27,862 nt of DNA from a virus (taxonomy: Duplodnaviria > Caudoviricetes), in the IMG/VR virus record IMGVR_UViG_3300046007_007938, positions 1-27,862 of that record. One strand, given 5' to 3'. Below are positions 1 to 7,971 of this stretch, piece by piece; the stretch's first letter is position 1, and each line of letters begins with the position of its first letter. A program made the position numbers and the translations under genes. The notes below the pieces were generated by a model. That model was not told the origin of the DNA and did not search any database. It saw only the letters and a program-made list of their open reading frames with translations.

Positions 1-1105
1 TAGTTTTCTTACCATCTAATAATTTTAACACACGATCTAATGTTAATGTATTATAATATGTTTCGTATGCCTGGATTAGATAGCTTAATATTTTATTTTT
101 ATTTGGATTTTCTATTCTATTTTTATAGATATTAGTTCCCCATGGTAATTTTAGTCTATTTGTAGAGTTAAATTCTTCCCACTGGCTTTCTAACCATTCA
201 CTTAATTTAGCAAAAAATGGAAACCATGCATATTCGTCTCTAATACCACCATATAAATTTTGAAACATTATTTCTTTAGGCACTTCATCATATGGATCAA
301 CTTCAAATTCATAACCTATTGCTTTACCAATTATACGGGGGTGGTAAGCACTATAATCAAATTCAACAAACATGTAATTATTTGGTTCAAATGACTCACG
401 TGCGTCGCCCTTAGGTAAAGCGGCGTAATTAACGCCATTAAAGGCGTTTGACGGGCGATAAGTTAAATTATATAGATTATATTGAGTAAAAACTGTATTC
501 CCGTAAATCGAATTATCTTTCCAAGTAGTTTCAAAATGTTTATTAAACTTACGTGGATCAATGCCTATACCATTTTTTTCAATCTGATGGAATACATTAG
601 TAAAATTATAATTTAAAAATGTACTAGCTACTTGCCATTTAGAAATCATTCCTCTTTCTTTTATATTCCGATATATTTTTTCCCATTTCTCATAATGTTT
701 AGATATAGGGATAAGTGTACTTAACTCTTGTATATAATATTTTTCACGATTAAAATCAGTGTGTACTTTAGTATCAAATTGTGATTCATCTATGTAACTA
801 TAAAAATTTATATCAAGTAAATTATGTCCTGATAGGAAATATAAGTGAAATTTCTTATCTAAAACATAAACAGTATTAATACTAGATATAAATTCCTTAA
901 CTGTTTCCCAATCTAATTTAAATGCTTCACTATGATCTATAGGTAATATATAACCTTTTTCTCCATCATTATAATATACTAAACATGGTTTAGTTAAAGA
1001 CGGATGACGATTGTCATTTGTAGTAATGATATTAACAAAACATTTATCATGTTCTGGTTTACCTAGATATTCTAATTGTTCTTTTGTCTCAACTATATAA
1101 AACAT
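1..1105 (-). CDS. Family A DNA polymerase-like protein, compact and divergent; 3' end outside the window (absent from the ORF track)
   Basis: Manual translation from ATG at 1105 (MFYIVETKEQLEYL...) stays open to base 1 (~368 codons). Contains TYRPSN (cf. TGRLSS), motif A FVEFDYSAYHPRII (335-358), motif B KEIMFQNLYGG (245-277) and SYLIQAYET (cf. NxxIQG). Motif C is expected just beyond the edge. Confidence 0.8.
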   Translation of the reverse strand, partial: MFYIVETKEQLEYLGKPEHDKCFVNIITTNDNRHPSLTKPCLVYYNDGEKGYILPIDHSEAFKLDWETVKEFISSINTVYVLDKKFHLYFLSGHNLLDINFYSYIDESQFDTKVHTDFNREKYYIQELSTLIPISKHYEKWEKIYRNIKERGMISKWQVASTFLNYNFTNVFHQIEKNGIGIDPRKFNKHFETTWKDNSIYGNTVFTQYNLYNLTYRPSNAFNGVNYAALPKGDARESFEPNNYMFVEFDYSAYHPRIIGKAIGYEFEVDPYDEVPKEIMFQNLYGGIRDEYAWFPFFAKLSEWLESQWEEFNSTNRLKLPWGTNIYKNRIENPNKNKILSYLIQAYETYYNTLTLDRVLKLLDGKKT

Positions 1106-1135
1106 AACCTTAATTATGCTTTAAATATAGTAAGG

Positions 1136-1732
1136 TTAGCTTGGCTTACCAAACTGAAGAAGATCTGTCAAATATAAAGACAGATTAGGCATAGTTTTTT
1201 CAGCTTCAGATAATGATCTTTTATTACTGTCTATAATACCAGATAATATTCTAATATTGTCTCTATAAACATCATATAATGGACCTGTAAGTTTCCAAAC
1301 TAAATTTATTGATTTATATAATACCTTAGCATCACCATCTTGAATAACAGATATATATTTATCAGACTTAACTTCAATAAAGTCATTTATTTGAGAACTA
1401 ATAGTTGGTTTTAATATAAAACGAATCATAAAACCATTATTATAATCTGTATTTGTTGGTTGAATAAAGTCAGGTATTACAACTAATGGAGGTAAGGTTT
1501 TAGGATTCAATGAGGCATATTTACTATCAAAAACAATATTAGAACTTGTAGAAGAAGTTGGATTTCTTCTTAGTAACTCAACACTATTACTTGTATATGT
1601 TTTACCTGTATAAGCATTATTATTTTTATCAACAAAGTAAAATCCAACATATGGTTGAAGATTTGATCTAAGAATAAAGTCTCCACCATTGGTGTAATCA
1701 CTAAATAATATATTTGAAATAGGTATATACAT
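1136..1732 (-). CDS. Hypothetical phage protein, probably tail/baseplate-associated
   Basis: 198 aa ORF starting 2 nt after the hub gene stop; no recognisable catalytic motif. Function inferred from position only. Confidence 0.6.
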   Translation of the reverse strand: MYIPISNILFSDYTNGGDFILRSNLQPYVGFYFVDKNNNAYTGKTYTSNSVELLRRNPTSSTSSNIVFDSKYASLNPKTLPPLVVIPDFIQPTNTDYNNGFMIRFILKPTISSQINDFIEVKSDKYISVIQDGDAKVLYKSINLVWKLTGPLYDVYRDNIRILSGIIDSNKRSLSEAEKTMPNLSLYLTDLLQFGKPS

Positions 1733-1734
1733 TT

Positions 1735-4700
1735 TTAATGGATTGCTGAGAATACTTTATTAGAATTACCAATATCACCAGCTACTGGTTTTAACTCAAC
1801 AGGTACTGAATCAAAATAATCTCCTGCTCCTGTTGAATTTTCACATATATATCGATAACATTGATTAAATACATCTATATTAGATAATGGTTGTTTATAA
1901 TTATAAACAGCCTGACCATTTTTATCTTTAGTTTCTTCAAAGAAGAAAGTAAGAGGTTTAATATTAAAATACTTAGCTGAGTTAGGATCACCATTCCAAG
2001 AAGTTGTTTTTGAGCCATCCTTAATATAAGAAACATATTCTGGACTACGTAACATAAAGTTATCCTTTAAAAGTAAAGGTATAGGATTACCTATAGCTTT
2101 ACGAACATCTATTTTGCTATTAGTTTCTGATAATCGTACTGGATATGATATAAATTTGTTAATTACCTCTTCTAGAGTAGGGAAAGGTACATTAACTACT
2201 TGTCCTGTTGATAATTCATATACTGCTCTAACTGAATTATGGAGAGCTTTATCTGAAGCTAGAGCTTCAATAAGTTTAAGTTTATCAGGATCATTTTTAT
2301 ATCTTGTTTTAGCTCTTGGATACCAAACTTTATCAAAATATTCTTGAATATTTGGTGATACCATATACCCAAATGTACCACTATATTCATTATTTCCAAT
2401 CACAATTGGATTAGTACCAAAAACTTCCTTTTCAAATCCTTTTTCTACACTATCTATTTCATAACCTCCAGCTTCATATGTTCCCGCTCGGTCTGGAACT
2501 TTTTGATACATAAAATCATATGTTCTATATGGACTTGTAAAAAATCTAACAGCGGCATCATTACCCCATTCATTAGTTTCTCCAATCTTTTTTGGAAAAG
2601 GATAATAAACACCAGCTTTATCTTCATAATAAGCAGCCATAGCTTCTCTAGGTGTTGTTTTTCCAAAAGGTTTAGTGTCTTTAGGGTTATATGCTTTATT
2701 ATATGATTCATTTTTTATAATACCATAGAAATTAGTGTATATATTGGTCATATAATCAGCAACAACATTCCATAAAATAATATTTTTTTCTCTTGTTTGT
2801 TTAACTTGTTGTAAAACAGCTAGTGCTGAACCACCTAATTCATCTTTCTTTACTGCTGGTTTTGGTATTTTCTCATTATCCAATAAACAAATTTGAGTTT
2901 TTATAGAAGTTATCCAATCATTATTTTGTAAAGAATGTGATAATCCTGTAATAATAAAACCAATATTACTTTGATGATATCTAGATGGTAATATACTAGT
3001 ATCAACTTTGAAAATTTGTCCTTGAACTAATCCTGATATTCCATCTAATACTATTTCTAATTCAAATGGTATAATAGCTTTAAAGTCTAAATCATCTCTA
3101 TCAGCTTGAAGTAGGACAGTTTTTTGTAAAGAAGCAGCATTAGATACTTCTTCAGGAGTAGGATATATAATAGAATTTAAACCACCACCTGATGATGCTG
3201 GGGTACCTAGACATTTTAGTCCTAAATAGTTTCGTAATGATAGTAGGTTACCAAATGAACTTTTTATTCTATCTGTAGCTGTGGTTTTAGAACTAGCGCT
3301 ATCATCGTATATAACTTTATCAACTAATATTCTATCTCTTAATCCTTTATTAAGTTGATTCTGTGTTGATGAGTATATATCACCAATATTAGCTTTACTT
3401 TGAGCTGCTATAGCTATCATACTTGATTGTGACTCAAAAATACGAGATGTTATTTTAACATCACGACATACACTTTTTAATCCTAATAAATCAAGGGTAT
3501 ATTTTTTACTACCTGCTCCTCTTTCTAAATACTTAACATCAATTATTTGAATAGTACTTTTAGTAGTATGTAATTGAAAATCATTTACACCACCTAAAGA
3601 TATTGATACTTGATTTAATAAATCTTTTAAAAAATCAATAACAGATACATCAGAATTATTTCCGCCTTTATTTCTGTATAAGTCAAGTATTTTAGGTATT
3701 GATATAAAAATATTCCCAATTCGGCCTAAATTATTACCTGATAGAAACTGTTCATCAGTAACATCTGTATCAGCTGTATTTGAAGTAAGTGTTGAAAATG
3801 AGTTTAATGTTTTTGGAAAAGCACCATCACTTCTATCTGTTATCCATGTAGCTTGATCATTATATATAATACATGTTGTTGGATCAATTGATACAGAATC
3901 TGCTCCCGCTAAACATGGAGTATTTTTTGGTATTAAAATCTGAGATATTATTTTGTTATTTTGATCTTTAAAATTAAAATACAAATTTATAATGGATATA
4001 AGCACATCCATTTGTATATATTCAATACCAATACCATCAACATTACCTTCAGTTAGTAGGATTTTACCATAGTCTTTTGAACTTATTTTTGACTGTAATT
4101 CTGTTGAATAGTTTTTACCATTGTAGTCTTTTAAAGCAACTTTAGTTAATCTTGTATTTAAATCATTTAAAAGATCATCTTTAGTTTCTTGTCTAACAGG
4201 AGATGAACCTGTAGCGAATTGACCAGCTTGTCCAGCTAAACCTGGATCAGCACTTAATTCACCTTCATTAATTAATGCTGAATAATTTAGCATTACATTT
4301 TCAAATAGTGATAAAGGTGGAGCATTTACATTAGTTTTGCTTGTAAAAGAAGGACCATTACTATTTAATTTTAAAGTTGAAATAACTTCACCTCTAGATA
4401 TTAATACTGTTGTACATTCAAATCCACCATTAGGCATTAATTGCCATGAAAAGTTTTTTACATAACCTAACATAGCATCATAATTAGCATAAGTTTTATC
4501 ATGTAAAGTATCTATTTTACTATATATTACTTCATCAGAAGTATCATTTCCTTTAGGTTGTAAAATTTCTTTATCATAAAAAATATCAATAGTAGGATTA
4601 AGAAAATTTTCTATTTTAATATCATCTAAATTAGAAGAGTTTAAATATTGAGACCATCCCCATTCAAGTAAAACAGAGTAACCTGTTCTCATATATAATA

Positions 4701-5253
4701 ACTCTAACTCTTCTAATTGGTGTTTATCCCAAGCGTAAAACTTAATAGTAGCTTCTCTTAATGAACCATAAGCTGATTTATTATTAACTTGAACAGAAGT
4801 TATACCAGGCATTGGTCTATAACCAAGTGGTCTGTCTCCTCCAATATCAAGATCAGAAGCATAAATTGATCCTCTTTGACCAACTCCTGATCTTAAAGTA
4901 AATTTATTTGGTTGAGTTGGATCTTCAAATAATGTACCTCCTTCTAATATATATTTTCTAGCTAGTTCACTACCAAAATATGTTTTACTACCAATTTTTA
5001 ATCCTGCATTGACTACTTTACCATCTTTTTCAACAGGATTAACAATATCAACAAATGATTGCATTTTTACCCAGGCATTTTTTCCTGTAGTAAATCTTAA
5101 AAAATTATCTTTTCTAGGAGTGATGCCAGCGTTATATATATCATTTCCTTTAGCATCTACAACACCTGTTTTACCCCATTGGGAAACAACTCGTTTGCGA
5201 GCTTCTAATTGGTTTTGTACAAAAGGATGTAATGTATCTTTAAATATAGACAT
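1735..5253 (-). CDS. Putative baseplate hub protein (gp27/VgrG/P2 gpD-like) with an extra ~350 aa C-terminal domain
   Basis: 1172 aa, follows the LysM gene in canonical contractile-tail order. MPGITSVQV...LLEWGWS near the N-terminus; FELEIVLDGISG...FIITGLSHSLQNNDWITSIKT resembles the last strands of hub proteins. Confidence 0.55.
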   Translation of the reverse strand: MSIFKDTLHPFVQNQLEARKRVVSQWGKTGVVDAKGNDIYNAGITPRKDNFLRFTTGKNAWVKMQSFVDIVNPVEKDGKVVNAGLKIGSKTYFGSELARKYILEGGTLFEDPTQPNKFTLRSGVGQRGSIYASDLDIGGDRPLGYRPMPGITSVQVNNKSAYGSLREATIKFYAWDKHQLEELELLYMRTGYSVLLEWGWSQYLNSSNLDDIKIENFLNPTIDIFYDKEILQPKGNDTSDEVIYSKIDTLHDKTYANYDAMLGYVKNFSWQLMPNGGFECTTVLISRGEVISTLKLNSNGPSFTSKTNVNAPPLSLFENVMLNYSALINEGELSADPGLAGQAGQFATGSSPVRQETKDDLLNDLNTRLTKVALKDYNGKNYSTELQSKISSKDYGKILLTEGNVDGIGIEYIQMDVLISIINLYFNFKDQNNKIISQILIPKNTPCLAGADSVSIDPTTCIIYNDQATWITDRSDGAFPKTLNSFSTLTSNTADTDVTDEQFLSGNNLGRIGNIFISIPKILDLYRNKGGNNSDVSVIDFLKDLLNQVSISLGGVNDFQLHTTKSTIQIIDVKYLERGAGSKKYTLDLLGLKSVCRDVKITSRIFESQSSMIAIAAQSKANIGDIYSSTQNQLNKGLRDRILVDKVIYDDSASSKTTATDRIKSSFGNLLSLRNYLGLKCLGTPASSGGGLNSIIYPTPEEVSNAASLQKTVLLQADRDDLDFKAIIPFELEIVLDGISGLVQGQIFKVDTSILPSRYHQSNIGFIITGLSHSLQNNDWITSIKTQICLLDNEKIPKPAVKKDELGGSALAVLQQVKQTREKNIILWNVVADYMTNIYTNFYGIIKNESYNKAYNPKDTKPFGKTTPREAMAAYYEDKAGVYYPFPKKIGETNEWGNDAAVRFFTSPYRTYDFMYQKVPDRAGTYEAGGYEIDSVEKGFEKEVFGTNPIVIGNNEYSGTFGYMVSPNIQEYFDKVWYPRAKTRYKNDPDKLKLIEALASDKALHNSVRAVYELSTGQVVNVPFPTLEEVINKFISYPVRLSETNSKIDVRKAIGNPIPLLLKDNFMLRSPEYVSYIKDGSKTTSWNGDPNSAKYFNIKPLTFFFEETKDKNGQAVYNYKQPLSNIDVFNQCYRYICENSTGAGDYFDSVPVELKPVAGDIGNSNKVFSAIH

Positions 5254-5260
5254 AACAAAA

Positions 5261-5560
5261 TTAACTATTTAGATTTTCTAAATCTCTAAGTATTTCAACA
5301 TCAAATATAGGTATTCTTAGTTGATAACCCAAAGGTGGGTATAAACTATCTTTAGGTAAATCTGGATTAGCATACGATATAATCCACCATAATGTTGAAT
5401 CATTATAGAATTGAAATGCTAAATTATCTAAACGATCTCCATATTGAGTTATGATATATGAATCATTTATAGATAGTGGGATTTCTGGATATCGAGTTGA
5501 TGAACGATATCTAGGTTTAGATGTTGACTGAATAATCTCATTAAATTCATAGCGATCCAT
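5261..5560 (-). CDS. LysM-domain baseplate protein (P2 gpX / T4 gp53-like)
   Basis: YIITQYGDRLDNLAFQFYNDSTLWWIISYANP...GYQLRIP is a typical LysM/tail-X signature; lies between tube initiator and hub. Confidence 0.8.
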   Translation of the reverse strand: MDRYEFNEIIQSTSKPRYRSSTRYPEIPLSINDSYIITQYGDRLDNLAFQFYNDSTLWWIISYANPDLPKDSLYPPLGYQLRIPIFDVEILRDLENLNS

Positions 5561-5564
5561 GATA

Positions 5565-5573
5565 ATAAATATT
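5565..5573 (-). promoter_or_regulatory. ATATTTAT upstream motif (putative late promoter)
   Basis: Minus-strand AATATTTAT ending 4 nt before the LysM ATG; the same motif recurs in most intergenic gaps. Confidence 0.45.
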
Positions 5574-5602
5574 AACCTTTATTAAATTTAAGATAATTTT
5601 AT

Positions 5603-7600
5603 TTATCTACCAAAAAGTGGACCTAAATTACTACTAGGAGTTTGTTGAGTAAATTTTAAAGAATTCATGAACTGTTCAAAAGCTGGTGTTGAAGCACCTG
5701 TTGGTTGAAGTGGAGATTTACCAGCTAATGGATTTTTCTTTCTCTTGCCTGTTACAACAACTTCATCTAATGTTTGACCACTTGAGGAAGAAGGAGTTTG
5801 ACCAGTTGATGTTGAGTTAGCAGATGCCCCATTTTGATTTTGTTGTTGTTGCTGTTGTTGTTGCTGTTGCTGTTGTTGTTGCTGTTGTTGTTGATTTTGT
5901 TGCTGTGGTGGTGGTTCAGATTTTTTAGGATATGCTCTAAAGTCTCTACCAATGAATCCAGCGCGTCCTTTTCTTGGTAAGAATGTTTGAATTGGTTTAA
6001 ATGATAACTGAATTTTAGCCATCATTGGTAATTCATTATTAGAATTTTCATCTTCTTCCGCACTTAAAATATTTAAACCTACATTCCAAGGACCTTCAAA
6101 AAGACTACCAATTTTAATATCTGTGAACACACCAGGTTGTCTATATAAATAATCTCCAACAGTTAAATAACCTATATTACCTCTCATTTTTAATTTCTCA
6201 CTATAATCTGGAGTGAATGTTGATAATAGGTAGTTAAGTTTTTCATATAATGGGTCTAGTTCTGCTCTAGTGTGAGCAAACATTGTAAAAGATACATTTA
6301 TATCTCTTGTAAATCCATCATATACATAAAATTCTTCACCACGACCCATATAACGATATGAATTCCATTTAGCAGACATACCATCATTAAAATCATCAAT
6401 GTAAGCTCTAAATGTTAAAACATCTGTATTTACAGCTATTCTATTATCACTTCCTTTATAACCAGTTACATCATTATTTAAAAACTCAAGTCTAAATTTG
6501 ATTAAGTCTTTACCAAAATCACCACTAACTTGTTTACCATCAAGTGGAGCTAAGTTAGCAGTAGCTACATCACTTGTTCTTTTACCTTTATTAGTGTCAT
6601 AAAAAACTTGACTATTAGTGATTTTAATCATGTTGATAGAATCAACATTTAATGGAGTTGAAACTCCTATTCTATTCTCTATATTGTTTTTAGCAATATT
6701 ACTAGAATAAAATGGAGAAGCAGCTAAAACTGTTTGTAAAGAATTTGAATTAATATTTTTAGTTTCAAATTCAGCTATTGCTTTATTAGTTAAAGGAGTG
6801 AAACCATTAAACTTTGGATCGCTAAGGTCAGCGTTTTTTACAAAAGTTGTTTGATAGTAAGATATAGTTCTTGTTCTACCAATAATACCATATAATGAAT
6901 TAGGACCACCTAAATAATTATCTAAAACAACCTCATTATTATTACTATTAAAAATTTTAGCAGTGTATTCTAAAAGTCTGTTATTTGATTTTTCTGTAAT
7001 TTTAAGATTAGATTGCTTATCTTTAAAGTTATTTGAGTAAGCAGCACCAGCAGTTGGACTATTAGCGTCACCACCATATTTTTGATTAGCAGGAACAATG
7101 CCAAAAACACCAATTCTATCAAAATGTAATCCAAAAGCAAATCCACCAACAGAGGCTAATGAACCAATTCCTGTAAATGTTCGAGTTGGACCTCCTAAAA
7201 TACCAGCTAAACCACTTAGTACATTTCCTTTATTTATTTCTAATTTAGGGTTAGATCTTTGTAAACCAATTTGACGAGCAAAAAATAAAGCACCTTTAGC
7301 ATTTTCTACAAATTTCTCATATCCTGTATTACCAGTAGCCTGTCCTCCATCTGGATTAGTAAAGAATTTAGTAATACGAAGAAAATCTTTGGTAGTAGCT
7401 AAAATTGCGTTTTGAGCTCCTCCTCTTATGAATCCATCATCTGATAGACTAAATTGTTCTATATTACTAGGGATCTCTGGTTTTGGAGAACTAACTACAT
7501 TGGGATAATTAGCCGTACTAGCAAATCTACCATTAGTTACACTATTGTAGTAGTCTGCTAGTTTGCTTTTAGGATCATTATTGAATGTTATAAAAGGCAT
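5603..7600 (-). CDS. Putative tail tube initiator/baseplate protein (gp48/gp54-like domain) with a low-complexity C-terminal tail
   Basis: 665 aa. FRAYIDDFND...WNSYRYMGRGEEFYVYDGFTRDINVSF...LTVGDYLYRQPG looks like a tube-fold domain; located between tape measure and LysM genes. C-terminus has polyQ, an S/T linker and LDEVVVTG. Confidence 0.55.
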   Translation of the reverse strand: MPFITFNNDPKSKLADYYNSVTNGRFASTANYPNVVSSPKPEIPSNIEQFSLSDDGFIRGGAQNAILATTKDFLRITKFFTNPDGGQATGNTGYEKFVENAKGALFFARQIGLQRSNPKLEINKGNVLSGLAGILGGPTRTFTGIGSLASVGGFAFGLHFDRIGVFGIVPANQKYGGDANSPTAGAAYSNNFKDKQSNLKITEKSNNRLLEYTAKIFNSNNNEVVLDNYLGGPNSLYGIIGRTRTISYYQTTFVKNADLSDPKFNGFTPLTNKAIAEFETKNINSNSLQTVLAASPFYSSNIAKNNIENRIGVSTPLNVDSINMIKITNSQVFYDTNKGKRTSDVATANLAPLDGKQVSGDFGKDLIKFRLEFLNNDVTGYKGSDNRIAVNTDVLTFRAYIDDFNDGMSAKWNSYRYMGRGEEFYVYDGFTRDINVSFTMFAHTRAELDPLYEKLNYLLSTFTPDYSEKLKMRGNIGYLTVGDYLYRQPGVFTDIKIGSLFEGPWNVGLNILSAEEDENSNNELPMMAKIQLSFKPIQTFLPRKGRAGFIGRDFRAYPKKSEPPPQQQNQQQQQQQQQQQQQQQQQQNQNGASANSTSTGQTPSSSSGQTLDEVVVTGKRKKNPLAGKSPLQPTGASTPAFEQFMNSLKFTQQTPSSNLGPLFGR
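5840..5914 (-). repeat. CAA/CAG trinucleotide tract encoding PPPQQQN followed by Q18
   Basis: Plus strand (ttg/ctg)n at 5840-5893 equals 18 Gln codons, preceded by QQQN and PPP. Confidence 0.95.
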
Positions 7601-7935
7601 TAACCTCCAAGATAAGTGTTAGTATTTGGATACGGGTTAATAAACGATCCAGCAGCATTTAATACTCTAAAGTATGGTTTACCTACTCTAGCATTAGGAT
7701 TAGAAACTGGAGGATCAGATTCTGGTGTCACATATGGACCAGTTAATCCTCTCATAGCAATTGTTCTTCCTGTTAATAAATCTTCAGAATCATCTAAAGC
7801 AGTTCCAGTAACTTTAGCTTGAATTTTAGATATAGTTCTTTGAGATAATGCTTCAAAGACAGGACCTGGTCGGCCTTGTAAACTTAAGTTCCTTGGTGTT
7901 GGACCAGCCTGTAATAAATTAAGTAATTGAGACAT
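7600..7935 (-). CDS. Hypothetical tail-region protein
   Basis: 111 aa ORF preceded by the ATATTTAT motif; stop overlaps the next start (TAATG at 7600). Confidence 0.65.
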   Translation of the reverse strand: MSQLLNLLQAGPTPRNLSLQGRPGPVFEALSQRTISKIQAKVTGTALDDSEDLLTGRTIAMRGLTGPYVTPESDPPVSNPNARVGKPYFRVLNAAGSFINPYPNTNTYLGG

Positions 7936-7961
7936 GATATTTAAATTTAAATATTGTTTGG

Positions 7962-7971
7962 TATAAATATA
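7962..7971 (-). promoter_or_regulatory. ATATTTAT upstream motif (putative late promoter)
   Basis: Minus-strand TATATTTATA in the gap after the tape measure stop, 26 nt before the ATG at 7935. Confidence 0.55.
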
